From Nanobdellota archaeon (GTDB lineage: Archaea > Nanobdellota > Nanobdellia > Pacearchaeales > GW2011-AR1): DNA of 64,000 nt. The notes beneath the pieces are model-generated. The model was not told the DNA's origin. It saw only the letters and a program-made list of their open reading frames with translations, and did no database searches. Below are positions 36,153 to 46,490 of this stretch, piece after piece (position 1 is the stretch's first letter; every line of letters begins with the position of its first letter). A program made the position numbers and the translations under genes. The stretch lies in the NCBI GenBank assembly GCA_038044985.1, contig JBBSYY010000012.1:5973-69972 (forward strand), in the 5' to 3' direction.

Positions 36153-37580
36153 ATGAAAGTCCTATTAATAGCTCCAAATTATCTGAAAGTGTATAGTTAT
36201 GTTTCTGAAGAGGCGACAATGATTTTGCCTCCTTTAGGATTAGTTTATATTGCTAGTTATTTAAGAGCAAAGGGAGTTGAGATACAAGTTCTAGATTTTG
36301 CTGCGCTAAGATCAAATACAGAAATGGAAAGAAATCTTATAGCAAAAAGTAAGGCAGATCTTGTTGCAATGGCTGCTACAACTAATACTATTATGGAGGC
36401 TTATAATTTAGCGAAAATAACAAAACAAATTCTGCCAAATGCAAAAGTTGCTGTTGGCGGACCTCATCCAACCATGGAGCCAATAAAAACCTTACAAGAA
36501 TGTTCTGAAATAGATTATTGTGTTATAAGCGAGGCAGAAGAAACAATGTTGGAATTATCAATAGCTTTAGAAAATGGAAAACCTATTAATACAATACTTG
36601 GTTTATCTTATAGAGACGATAAAAATAATAATGAAATTCAAGTAAATGCTTCAAGGCCTTTAATACAAGACTTAGACAGTTTGCCTTTTCCAGCTAGAGA
36701 TTTACTTCCATTAAAAAAATATTGGACTCCAGGTGTAAGAAGATATCCTTTCGCGACAATAATGACCTCGCGTGGATGTCCGTACAGCTGTACTTTTTGC
36801 AGTAATTTTAAAACTCAGGGTAAGCAGTTTAGATTTAGAAGTCCTGAAAATGTTTTAGCTGAAATAGATGAGTTAGTAACTAAATATGGTGTAAAGGAAA
36901 TAAATATAATTGATGATAATTTTACTTTCCTGCCTAAAAGAGTTAAAGAAATTTGCGATTTATTAATAAAAAGAAAATATGATTTAGAATTAAAAACTGG
37001 AAATGGAATAAGATCAGATAGAGTTTCTCTGCCAATGTTAAAGCACATGAAAAAAGCTGGATTTTATTTAGTTGCATTTGGTATTGAGTCTGGAAATCCA
37101 GAAATATTAAAGAAAATGAGGAAAGGAGAGACTAAAGAACAATTAAGAAATTCGGTTAAGATGGCCAAGCAAGCTGGTTTAATAACAGAAGGATTTTTTA
37201 TGTTTGGAAATGAAGGAGAGGGTAGGAAAGAGATGCTAGACACAATAGAATTCGCTAAAGAACTTGATTTGAATATTGCTCAATTCCAAGTTTATACGCC
37301 TGTTCCAGGAAGTCCTTATTATGAGAAAATAGCAAAAGAAGGTAAGGTATTTTCAACAAAATGGGAAGACTTTAATGCTTTTAATGAACCTTTATTTGAG
37401 TATGGAGAAAGCAAATATGACTTAATGATTGAAATGCAGAGAAGAGCTTACAGAGAATATTATTTCAGACCTAAAATGATTGTAAAGAAATTATTAGAAG
37501 TTAGAAATTTAAAACAATTTCATGCTTATGTTAAAGCAGGAATGGCTGTTGCGAAGATGAGTGTGGGGAAGGCGACGTAG
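36153..37580 (+). CDS. B12-binding-domain radical SAM protein
   Basis: N-terminal cobalamin-binding-like Rossmann domain and SRGCPYSCTFC (Cx3Cx2C). Confidence 0.8.
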   Translation: MKVLLIAPNYLKVYSYVSEEATMILPPLGLVYIASYLRAKGVEIQVLDFAALRSNTEMERNLIAKSKADLVAMAATTNTIMEAYNLAKITKQILPNAKVAVGGPHPTMEPIKTLQECSEIDYCVISEAEETMLELSIALENGKPINTILGLSYRDDKNNNEIQVNASRPLIQDLDSLPFPARDLLPLKKYWTPGVRRYPFATIMTSRGCPYSCTFCSNFKTQGKQFRFRSPENVLAEIDELVTKYGVKEINIIDDNFTFLPKRVKEICDLLIKRKYDLELKTGNGIRSDRVSLPMLKHMKKAGFYLVAFGIESGNPEILKKMRKGETKEQLRNSVKMAKQAGLITEGFFMFGNEGEGRKEMLDTIEFAKELDLNIAQFQVYTPVPGSPYYEKIAKEGKVFSTKWEDFNAFNEPLFEYGESKYDLMIEMQRRAYREYYFRPKMIVKKLLEVRNLKQFHAYVKAGMAVAKMSVGKAT

Positions 37581-37616
37581 ATTTATGATATTGATTAAAT
37601 AATATAAGTATATATC

Positions 37617-38045
37617 ATGAAACACAAAATTAATGATCTTAATCGAGAGATGGCAGATCTAGATGCAACACTAGAAGAATTTAGCGAATCGGTTGATCTT
37701 CTTTCGAGAGATCGTAATTTAGAGAATGCTAGGCAAGCGCAATGGAGAAATATGGAGTCTTTTCACTTATTATATGATTTGTATTTAATGGTCGGTTATG
37801 TTTATAACGTTACCGAAAAATTTTTACGTGACTCGCATGATTGTGTTGCTGCTTTAAGTTTAGTAAAAGAAGAAGATGAATTCTCTTTAATAAATTATGG
37901 TCCTGGAAATTATATCCCACTTCTAATAAAAAATGTGGAAAGACGAATTGATTTATCCGATGGTTATAGAAATCATGGTAATTATTATGTAAAGAGAAAA
38001 TTAAGTGAGCTATTAGATGAACATCTGAATAAGAGATTTGGATAG
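37617..38045 (+). CDS. Hypothetical 142-aa protein
   Basis: ORF in a locally GC-richer stretch. The tail GNYYVKRKLSELLDEHL resembles the tails of the operon orphans. Confidence 0.45.
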   Translation: MKHKINDLNREMADLDATLEEFSESVDLLSRDRNLENARQAQWRNMESFHLLYDLYLMVGYVYNVTEKFLRDSHDCVAALSLVKEEDEFSLINYGPGNYIPLLIKNVERRIDLSDGYRNHGNYYVKRKLSELLDEHLNKRFG

Positions 38046-38097
38046 ATTATATCAAACAAAAGAATTCTACTTTCTTCATACTATTTTTACCAATAGT

Positions 38098-38367
38098 TTA
38101 ACTCCCAACCACCTCATCTAAATCCGGCACAAATTCATCAAGTTCTTGAAAATGCCCTCCAGACATTGCAGCTGTTGTAAAAGAATGAACAGCTAGCGCC
38201 ACATCAACCATTTTTTGAGATAAGATTTCACGTTTTTTATAATATAACTCGTCTGATAATCTATTAAGCTTTTCATTGACTGATTTTTTATTACTAGAAT
38301 TAGTATATTCGCTAATCAAAGCCAGCATTTCTTTCGCTTTTTCTTTTTCGTACTTAATATCTTTCAT
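38098..38367 (-). CDS. Hypothetical 89-aa helical protein
   Basis: ORF convergent with 37617-38045 in a locally GC-richer stretch. Confidence 0.4.
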   Translation of the reverse strand: MKDIKYEKEKAKEMLALISEYTNSSNKKSVNEKLNRLSDELYYKKREILSQKMVDVALAVHSFTTAAMSGGHFQELDEFVPDLDEVVGS

Positions 38368-38456
38368 AATGAAAGCTTGTATAGATGGTTTATAAGTTTT
38401 ATTAGTATAAATTATAGGAAATATAATCTTTTAAATCCATTTTTATAAATGATAAG

Positions 38457-39347
38457 ATGAAGAACATGAAAGTAATAATGATTGATGCTTTTAAACCCAG
38501 CTATCTAGAACATGCGCCATATTTAAAATCTTTAACAGAAAAATACCAATATGGAGAATTAGATATGGGAATTGGGCATTGGAACGGTGTAGAGACTTTA
38601 TTTAGTGGCAAGTCGGAAATTATTTCTCTTTTTTATAAGAGTAATAATAATTCTTTAAAATTTATTAGATATTTTTTATGGCTAAAAATATTTGGAAAAA
38701 TTGGAAGATTTTTAGTAGAAGCTTTAGTTAATTTTCCTAGATTGATGAATGGATATGAATTAGTTAAAACAAGAAATATTCCTCTAAATATATTATATAA
38801 ATTTAATATAAGTGTGAAAAGACATTTCGCCAAAAAAGATGATATAGAATTTAGATATTTTGGAGAGCTTGATAAGATAGGCCATAAATATGGAACAAAA
38901 AGTCTGGAAATTATTAAAGCAATAAATGAGGTAGATAAAAAAATTTCAAAAATGGGGTGGGATTTAATTTTTTCAGATCATGGAATGGCTGATATTGAGA
39001 AAACTATAGAAGTTCCTATAACAGAAGATTGTTTTATTGACTCTGATATGGCTAGATATTGGGGTAATGAAAAAGAATTAAAAATAATAAGGGAAAAACT
39101 TCCTCTAGAATATGGAAAAATAATTAATTGGAATGAAAAATATGGAAATTTAATATTTTTAGCTAATACTGGAATTTTAATATATCCAAATTTTTGGAAC
39201 GAAAAACTAGTAAAGGCAATGCATGGTTATGACGGTAAAGATAAAGATATGAAAGCTTTTTACATAATAAAAATAAACGGCAAGAGAAAAGATTTAGTTG
39301 CTGAAGAACTTTATAATGAATTAAAAAATTATGAGTTATCAAAATAA
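38457..39347 (+). CDS. Alkaline-phosphatase-superfamily enzyme (type I phosphodiesterase/nucleotide pyrophosphatase-like)
   Basis: MIDAFKPSY, LDKIGHKYG and SDHGM metal-ligand motifs. Confidence 0.6.
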   Translation: MKNMKVIMIDAFKPSYLEHAPYLKSLTEKYQYGELDMGIGHWNGVETLFSGKSEIISLFYKSNNNSLKFIRYFLWLKIFGKIGRFLVEALVNFPRLMNGYELVKTRNIPLNILYKFNISVKRHFAKKDDIEFRYFGELDKIGHKYGTKSLEIIKAINEVDKKISKMGWDLIFSDHGMADIEKTIEVPITEDCFIDSDMARYWGNEKELKIIREKLPLEYGKIINWNEKYGNLIFLANTGILIYPNFWNEKLVKAMHGYDGKDKDMKAFYIIKINGKRKDLVAEELYNELKNYELSK

Positions 39348-39349
39348 AA

Positions 39350-39952
39350 ATGAAAAATCAGAAATTTGAAGACAACAGATTAGAGAATACTTATGAACAT
39401 AAGAATTTTATTGTAAGATGGTATTTTAGATGGAAAGTTATGACGGCAATTTTATTGGCTGGATTAATAAAAGAGGATATTATTTTGGATTATGGGTGTG
39501 GAGGGGGATGGTTGGAAAAAAAGCTTGCTAATTTTAAGATTTATGGTTATGACATAAATCCTAAGAAAACTTTTATTAAAGATTATAGAAAAATAAAGCC
39601 AACAAAAATTTTTGCTTTAGATGTTTTTGAGCATATTCCTAAAAATGAGATAAAAAAAATAATAAACGGTTTTAAAAAATTAAATAATAAGTTTGAGTTA
39701 ATTGTTTCTATACCGACCGAAAACCGGATTTCTAGAAAAATTAGGGGACTAGTTGGAAAGAAGGAAGTTCCTGATGAACATATAACTAAATATGAAGATA
39801 TCTTAAAAATTCTTATGGAAAATTTTGAGTTAAAAAAGAAGGTGAACTTTTTTACAGTTACCCATACTTTTTTGTTTGAGCATGATTCTAGAAAATATAC
39901 TGAAAAAGCTAGTGATTATAAGGAAATTAAAGAGTTGATTAAAAGAAAATAA
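39350..39952 (+). CDS. Class I SAM-dependent methyltransferase
   Basis: ILDYGCGGG motif I; a 2-nt gap after the upstream gene suggests an operon. Confidence 0.7.
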   Translation: MKNQKFEDNRLENTYEHKNFIVRWYFRWKVMTAILLAGLIKEDIILDYGCGGGWLEKKLANFKIYGYDINPKKTFIKDYRKIKPTKIFALDVFEHIPKNEIKKIINGFKKLNNKFELIVSIPTENRISRKIRGLVGKKEVPDEHITKYEDILKILMENFELKKKVNFFTVTHTFLFEHDSRKYTEKASDYKEIKELIKRK

Positions 39953-40035
39953 CCGTTTTTAAAATTCTTAATTACAAAAAAAAAGTAATTACATTTAGAC
40001 CTCTGATATTTCTTCGCGACGCTTTTTTTCTGCAG

Positions 40036-40088
40036 CAGAAAATCTTTTAAAAGATTTTCTGTGCCATAAAATCCAAAAGATTTTTTGG
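40036..40088. terminator. Hairpin pair between convergent genes (candidate bidirectional terminator)
   Basis: Perfect 13-bp palindrome cagaaaatcttttaaaagattttctg (40036-40061), then ccaaaa-gatt-ttttgg (40073-40088), with T-tracts on both sides. Confidence 0.35.
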
Positions 40089-40107
40089 GCTCAAAAACTT
40101 TAAACTA

Positions 40108-41778
40108 TTATTTTAAACTTTTAATATTATCATAATCAAACTGATAAACAATTACAACTGGCTGTTGGACGTTTGGATAAGCCTGAACAGGAACTAACAA
40201 ATCAGGATGTTTTTGAGGATATGCAAAAGCCCAGGGTTCTTCTCTTTCATAAGCAGAAACGACTAAATATTTAGGTCTTTTTTCTAGGATAAATTTATCT
40301 AAATCTGACTCGTTACCTTTAGCGAGGTCTCTTCTATAAGCTAGTTCAAATGGGTAAACTGAACGCTCTGAATAATAAGTTAGCTGCGGAAGTCCACTTC
40401 CTATTATAATATCTTCTAGATTTGAATTTTCTTTAATCCATAATCCTGCTTGTTTAACTTCCATATAAGAAAGTTTTTTAGATTCAATTAAACTAAACCC
40501 AAATTTATAGTTTGGTATTAAAATAATTAAAAAAATGATTAAAAAAACAATAGCAATTGTTTTAGGATTAATTTTTTCTTTTAAAAATCCGGTTATATAA
40601 TAAAAAGGATAAACCGCAATAAAAAATAAAAATGGTATTACTGGCATTATATATCTTTGCTCTAATTGAGGAGCCATATATCCTAAAAATAAAAAACTTA
40701 AAACTATAAAAGATAAAATAAAAAACTTTTTCTGTATAGTATCATTTGAAAAAATTTTATCAAAACCTAAAAACAAATCTATAAAAAAAAGAAAGAACCC
40801 TATAATAAATAAAAGGTATATTGGACTTATTACGAATAAACTAGAGTATCCCTTCTGATTTGCATCTAATATATATGGCAGATTATTAATATAAAGAAAC
40901 AAATCAGAAGTTTTAGCTAACTCAACACCAACCTCTCCAGTCTTAGAAACTCCTTCTATTCCAAGATAATAGTTTGTAAGATCTAAAATTGGATTTCCAA
41001 AATGCTTATTATAGAGAATAAAATGCGGGATTAAAATAATTAAAAAGATTATAATTGATATCCATAATTTTTTATTGACAAATATTTTATGTTTTTCTCT
41101 TACTAATGCTAAAAGTAAAATAGGAATTACAAACATTAAATACTGCATTCTTGTTAAAACAGTCAAAGCAGCAAAAATTCCGAATAAAATAAAATATTTA
41201 ATTCCTTGATTTTTCATATAACCCTTCCAGAAAAAGATTAAAGAAGTTAAAAGAAAAAAGGTTGCTGGAATTTCTGTTAATAGCCTTCCTGTAAAAAATA
41301 AAAAAACCCAAGATAAAGTTATTCCTAAACTTGTTAATAAAGCTAATTTTTTATTAAACATTTCACTTATTAAAAAATAACTGACAAAAACAATTCCTGT
41401 TGATAGTAAAACAACTAAAATTCTCATGCCAATTTCTCCAATGCCAATTGCAAAAAATAAAGTTCCTATTAAAGCCCATAAAAAACCTCTTCTATAATAC
41501 CACATATCGATTAAATTTGGATTAATGCCGGCCCATCTTTTCGCACTTGCCATGTAATCAGCAGCATCCCACCATAAAACTTGGTCATTTGTTTTTAAAT
41601 AAACAAGAATTCTTATTATCAAGGCTACTAAAAAAATTAAAAGAAATAATTTATCATAACTATCCTGTATCCAACCAAAAAGTAAATGTTTAATATTTTC
41701 TTGTTTTTCCTTTTGAGTATTTTGAGTATGATTAAAAATTAGTTGTTCTGCAGATGGTAATTTATCGGTTATATCCAT
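40108..41778 (-). CDS. ArnT/PMT-like (GT39/GT83-type) polyprenyl-phosphate-sugar-dependent membrane glycosyltransferase
   Basis: More than 10 TM helices, an N-terminal loop motif WWDAADY and a soluble C-terminal domain. Confidence 0.6.
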   Translation of the reverse strand: MDITDKLPSAEQLIFNHTQNTQKEKQENIKHLLFGWIQDSYDKLFLLIFLVALIIRILVYLKTNDQVLWWDAADYMASAKRWAGINPNLIDMWYYRRGFLWALIGTLFFAIGIGEIGMRILVVLLSTGIVFVSYFLISEMFNKKLALLTSLGITLSWVFLFFTGRLLTEIPATFFLLTSLIFFWKGYMKNQGIKYFILFGIFAALTVLTRMQYLMFVIPILLLALVREKHKIFVNKKLWISIIIFLIILIPHFILYNKHFGNPILDLTNYYLGIEGVSKTGEVGVELAKTSDLFLYINNLPYILDANQKGYSSLFVISPIYLLFIIGFFLFFIDLFLGFDKIFSNDTIQKKFFILSFIVLSFLFLGYMAPQLEQRYIMPVIPFLFFIAVYPFYYITGFLKEKINPKTIAIVFLIIFLIILIPNYKFGFSLIESKKLSYMEVKQAGLWIKENSNLEDIIIGSGLPQLTYYSERSVYPFELAYRRDLAKGNESDLDKFILEKRPKYLVVSAYEREEPWAFAYPQKHPDLLVPVQAYPNVQQPVVIVYQFDYDNIKSLK

Positions 41779-41815
41779 TATTAATTTTATAGAAGTTTGT
41801 TTTTATAGTTTGTTA

Positions 41816-42811
41816 TTATCTGTCAAGTTTCCTTAATTCATGATATAGGTTTGTTAAAAAAATTCGGTTGTCTTCTTGAACATAATGCAATTCTCTTACC
41901 CCCATTCTGCTAAAAATCTTGCAAAATCTTAAATAATAAGAAGGATCGTCTTTAGGTGGCTCTTTCTCTGAATTCCAGTCCCACTTCCCTTCTTGTATAT
42001 CATTAACAACTATAAGAAAATCTTCTATCTCTTTATTTTCTTGATATGCTAGATTTCTTGCCATCGAAGAGGCTTTTTCAAAAACCATCGGAGAAGTTAT
42101 AGCAGAACCTATTGATAAATAAACGCCTCCATCTAAGTTTGAGACAGAATTAACAAATTTATAAAAATCAGTTCCAGAAGTTTTGCCTATTGCTTCAAAA
42201 TCACATAAAGGATGTTCATGTATTATATCCTGGCCTAGACAAGAGTGAACTGTAAATGATATCTTATGACAATATGCTGCTTCTTGCACGCTAAATTTTT
42301 TATAGGGATGTTTTATAATTTCTTCTCCTAATTTTTCTGAACTAATAAGTTTTCCAATAGACTCGCCATAACCTAAATTATTTTTAGCTCCTTCTATAAT
42401 AGCTAGATTAATATATTTTCCTGTCTCCTCCCATAACCCGAATTGGCCTTTTTGTACATAATATCTGACATCTTCTTCAGTTTTCCCTAGATAAGCAAAT
42501 TCCCAATCATGAATTGAGCCAGCTCCATTTGTAGCTAGATGTGTTATATAATTTTTTTCGGCCATTTTCTTTAAAATCAGAGATAATCCGTTTTTAATTA
42601 GATGGGCACCGAAAAACATTATCACTTGTTTATCCTCTTTTTTAGATTTTAATATCTCATTTGCTATATTAGTTATTATTTCCAAGTTTTTCGATCTTTT
42701 AGGAACCTCGTCTGGATTTATCATTATATCTAAACTAGTCTTACTCTTTCTTTCAGATAAAGGCAATGTTTTTATTTTTGATTTATCGAATTCCATTTTT
42801 ATTTGAGACAC
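41816..42811 (-). CDS. Deoxyhypusine-synthase-like fold protein (function unknown)
   Basis: GAHLIKNGLSLILKKMAEKNYITHLATNGAGSIHDWE resembles the DHS pattern (TSNLISSGLRE...VTTAGG.EED). This comes from recall only. Confidence 0.35.
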   Translation of the reverse strand: MSQIKMEFDKSKIKTLPLSERKSKTSLDIMINPDEVPKRSKNLEIITNIANEILKSKKEDKQVIMFFGAHLIKNGLSLILKKMAEKNYITHLATNGAGSIHDWEFAYLGKTEEDVRYYVQKGQFGLWEETGKYINLAIIEGAKNNLGYGESIGKLISSEKLGEEIIKHPYKKFSVQEAAYCHKISFTVHSCLGQDIIHEHPLCDFEAIGKTSGTDFYKFVNSVSNLDGGVYLSIGSAITSPMVFEKASSMARNLAYQENKEIEDFLIVVNDIQEGKWDWNSEKEPPKDDPSYYLRFCKIFSRMGVRELHYVQEDNRIFLTNLYHELRKLDR

Positions 42812-42899
42812 TTTTTTCTATTAAATTTATTTTAGTATTTTTTATTTTTGTTAAACTACAATTTATGATAGTGATAATCACTTGAGAATCTTTAATTAA

Positions 42900-43904
42900 C
42901 TAGTATTTGTCATTCTTATTTTGCAAAGATAAAATTTTCTCTCTTAGATCTAGAAAGGTCGGGGCATAAGTACCAATATGTTTTACAGTTATCCCTGCTG
43001 CTAAATTTCCTATTTTTGCTGCGTTTATTAAAGAATCTAATGAATTATCAGACGATGCTAAAGCTAAAGCAATTGCTGCTATGGCTGTATCTCCTGCTCC
43101 AGTTTCTTCAAAAGATTCTTCTGGAATTGTTTCTATTTCTATTATGGTATTAGTTAATGGGAACAACATCATTCCTTCTTTCCCTAAGGTTATCAATATA
43201 TTAGAATCAAATTTCTGTCTTAATTTACAACCAGCATCATCAATAGAATACTCTCCAGACATTTTAAGGGCCTCGTCTTTACTAGGCGTTATCAAAAAAG
43301 AATTCTTATAAATAGTATTAAAATTTTTGTTGTCTGGTTTAGGATCTATTATTATCTTATTTTTGTAAGGATGTAAATAATTTATAAGATCCTGTGTAAT
43401 TGCCCCCTTTGCATAATCAGAAATAATTATTTTATCTGCTTTTTCAGCTGCTTGTAAAAGATTATCAATATCTTTAAACTTTTTTTCTGAAATTTCTTCT
43501 CTGTCGATTCTTACTATATGTTGCTTTTGGCCAGAGCTTCTTCCGATAACCCTTTCTTTCATAATTGTTGTATCACTTTTTTCAAAATAATAATTGATCC
43601 TATTATTACTTAAAATTTTTTTTAGTTCATTCCCATAAAAATCTTCTCCCACGAAACTAAAAAGATAAATCTCTCCTTTAGTAGAAAGATTTACTACATT
43701 TAGAGCTACATTTGCAGCTCCTCCTGGTTTGTAAAATTCTTCTTCTACACTAAGAACTGGCACAGGAGCTTCTGGGCTTATTCTTTTAACACGGCCAATA
43801 GTATATTTATCTAGTATAACGTCTCCTATAACAAGAATATTCTTATTGTAAAAATTATTTAAAACATCTAATAAATTTTTCATATAATCGAGATTAGAAA
43901 GCAA
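42900..43904 (-). CDS. PfkB-family sugar kinase, D-glycero-beta-D-manno-heptose-7-phosphate kinase-like (HldE/RfaE domain I)
   Basis: GGAANVALN and TGAGDT motifs; adjacent to the adenylyltransferase-domain gene. Confidence 0.7.
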   Translation of the reverse strand: MLSNLDYMKNLLDVLNNFYNKNILVIGDVILDKYTIGRVKRISPEAPVPVLSVEEEFYKPGGAANVALNVVNLSTKGEIYLFSFVGEDFYGNELKKILSNNRINYYFEKSDTTIMKERVIGRSSGQKQHIVRIDREEISEKKFKDIDNLLQAAEKADKIIISDYAKGAITQDLINYLHPYKNKIIIDPKPDNKNFNTIYKNSFLITPSKDEALKMSGEYSIDDAGCKLRQKFDSNILITLGKEGMMLFPLTNTIIEIETIPEESFEETGAGDTAIAAIALALASSDNSLDSLINAAKIGNLAAGITVKHIGTYAPTFLDLREKILSLQNKNDKY

Positions 43905-43935
43905 TATAAAAAGTTTTATATTCTCCAGATCGATT

Positions 43936-44415
43936 CTATACCTTTCTTATTCTTTTTATAATATCACTAGTAGAATATCCTTTCTCTAACTCAAATGTTT
44001 TATACTTACCCCCACATTTTTCAATAAGTTCTTTTTCTTCGTTAATTCTTTCTTCAATCCAAGTTCCTCCTTTAACATGGATATTGGGTTTTATTCTTTC
44101 TAAATATTCCAGAGGCCTGTCTTGTGGAAAAATAACTACATAATCTACTGGTTTTAATTCAGATAAAAGATAAGCTCTTTCATTTTCAGGAATTATAGGT
44201 CTATCAAGACCTTTATTTATTCTTACAGATTCGTCGCTGTTTAACAATACAATAAGAACATCTCCTAAATCTTTTGCTTTTTTTAAAAATCTTATATGGG
44301 CTGAATGAATTAAGTCATAACTTCCATTTGTAGTAATAATTGTTTTATTTTGTAGTCTTAACTCTTTGGCCAATCCTTCAATTTCTTCTATTGTTCTTAT
44401 TCCATAAGCGCTCAT
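43936..44415 (-). CDS. Cytidylyltransferase-fold D-beta-D-heptose-1-phosphate adenylyltransferase-like (HldE/RfaE domain II)
   Basis: TNGSYDLIHSAHIRFLKKA (HxGH-type) motif; 159 aa. Confidence 0.7.
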   Translation of the reverse strand: MSAYGIRTIEEIEGLAKELRLQNKTIITTNGSYDLIHSAHIRFLKKAKDLGDVLIVLLNSDESVRINKGLDRPIIPENERAYLLSELKPVDYVVIFPQDRPLEYLERIKPNIHVKGGTWIEERINEEKELIEKCGGKYKTFELEKGYSTSDIIKRIRKV

Positions 44416-44475
44416 TTTAAAGTTTTAAATAATCTAATTTATAAGAATATAGGTTTTAGAACTTTTATTTTAGAA

Positions 44476-46323
44476 TCAAACTTTAGCAGGATATCTTTCT
44501 TTTTCTATAACTCTATCTATCTTATCACTACTATTGCCATTATCATCAGTTGAATATAAAACATTGTCATATAGATGATGTCTGACGGCTGTAGATAATA
44601 CTTTCGAGTCTAAAGTTCCGTTTAATTTTTCATTTGCATATCTTACAACCCCTTCAATAGCTAATTCTGATTTTGGCAAAACTGCGAAATAAGGTGCGAG
44701 ATTCTCTAGTTCTTGAATTCCAAAATTTCTTTCTGAAATAAATTTTCTAACTCTGGCTAGATTTTTCAGAATTTCTTTTGATTCTAGATTGTTTTGATTA
44801 TCTAATAATTTTCTTAAATGCTCTTCTGTTCCTTTCCCTAGGCTTTCATAACTAAACTCGCTTTTATTTAAATAGGATTCCGCGAGTTTATGTCCTTCTG
44901 GAACTAAAGTTATAAAATTGAAAATTCTTCTAAGCTCTGCATTTTTATTCCTATAATCTTCTAAAGAATCTTGATCAAGCCATACACCTAAGTCATTTTT
45001 TATTTCCTTTAATCTTGGTCCTCTCCATTCTTTTGGGAACCTTAAAACAGATCTATCAAAAAAAGTATCTGGAACATCACTATTATCTCCATTATAATGG
45101 CCGTTCTCTTCACAATAAGCTCCAAGTTTTGTTCCTTTATATGGAGCAAGGGTAGATGCCCATGCCATTGAAGGACCTCCTGATTCTTGTCTTAGTCTTA
45201 CATTTAATTCAACCAATTCTAAATCTGCTTCTAGATTCATTTTTGTTGGTTTCGTAGTTGCTCCATAGGGCAATCCCGTAATTTGTTCTGTCCTTACTTT
45301 AAAGTCATTTTCTATTAAATATTTCATTCCTTCAAACATTAAATCTTCTGGCATTGCCCTGTCTAATACTTCCTCTCTTATATTTCGATCTGCAGCTTCA
45401 ATTGCTAGTGTTAAACCAAAACAACCTGCTTCTCTTAAAAGATCTAATCTTTTTTTATCTTTAGTCATCTCCCATCTCATTTGAGCATGATAAGGAATTC
45501 CTACCTCATTCATATAATGATCTTTAAACTTTACAAGCCATTCTTTGATATCAAATCCGTGAACATCATCTTGACAATAAAGAACTTTTGTCGGCCATTT
45601 TTCAGCAATTTCTCTAGTCTCTCTAATAACATCATCTACACTTCTAATATTAAATGGAAATAATCTACCATAACCTAGTTTATTCAATTTAGAACTAGAA
45701 CATTCAGAATTAGGTTGGTCAATAACGGGAAGCATTGATAATTTTATTTGTTCTATAATTTTTGGGGGGGCTGAAATATCCTCTGGTCCACTACTATTAT
45801 AACAATAAGTGCATTTATATGGGCAGCCAGTCATAGTGATAAAACTTTTAATGTAACTGTTTGCATGTTGAGGATGTAATTTATAAAAAGTTTTTCTATC
45901 AGGATGGGGAAATTGTTCCTTTTCTTTCATTGGCATAATTCCTTTTTCTGCCTCTCCCTTCAAAATTTTTCTTAATGAATGAAAACCTTCGCTCATAACT
46001 ACGTAATCTGCATGTTTTTCTGCTTCTGATGGAAAGTAAGTTGCATGGGGTCCTCCAATAACTGTGATTATATCAGGATAATCTTTTTTTAGTCTTTCAT
46101 AAGCTTCAAATAATTGTAAATGATTTCCTGTATAAATATTAAAACCAATTATATCTGGCTTAAAATCTTTTATTTTTTCAAAAAATTCTTTAAAATTGTG
46201 GTCTTTTACTAAATGATAATTTCTTTCCCATCCTAAATCTCTTGCTAAACCACCTAAATGCAATAATCCAAGAGGTTCGATAACTGAATAAGTTGCACCA
46301 AAAAGTATCCTTTTTTTTGACAT
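44476..46323 (-). CDS. B12-binding-domain radical SAM protein (615 aa)
   Basis: N-terminal B12-binding-like domain, MTGCPYKCTYC (Cx3Cx2C) and a long C-terminal extension. Confidence 0.8.
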   Translation of the reverse strand: MSKKRILFGATYSVIEPLGLLHLGGLARDLGWERNYHLVKDHNFKEFFEKIKDFKPDIIGFNIYTGNHLQLFEAYERLKKDYPDIITVIGGPHATYFPSEAEKHADYVVMSEGFHSLRKILKGEAEKGIMPMKEKEQFPHPDRKTFYKLHPQHANSYIKSFITMTGCPYKCTYCYNSSGPEDISAPPKIIEQIKLSMLPVIDQPNSECSSSKLNKLGYGRLFPFNIRSVDDVIRETREIAEKWPTKVLYCQDDVHGFDIKEWLVKFKDHYMNEVGIPYHAQMRWEMTKDKKRLDLLREAGCFGLTLAIEAADRNIREEVLDRAMPEDLMFEGMKYLIENDFKVRTEQITGLPYGATTKPTKMNLEADLELVELNVRLRQESGGPSMAWASTLAPYKGTKLGAYCEENGHYNGDNSDVPDTFFDRSVLRFPKEWRGPRLKEIKNDLGVWLDQDSLEDYRNKNAELRRIFNFITLVPEGHKLAESYLNKSEFSYESLGKGTEEHLRKLLDNQNNLESKEILKNLARVRKFISERNFGIQELENLAPYFAVLPKSELAIEGVVRYANEKLNGTLDSKVLSTAVRHHLYDNVLYSTDDNGNSSDKIDRVIEKERYPAKV

Positions 46324-46490
46324 TTTATCTTTTTTATTTTATTAATTTTAGTAGACTAACATATATTGTTGAGACTTCTCTCGCCTATAGTTAATCTAAT
46401 ATTTATTATTACTTTATATTAATTTCATTTATCTATCAATTAAACTGGTATCTTCTATCAACTATAATTAACTATTGTTAATAAATGTTT

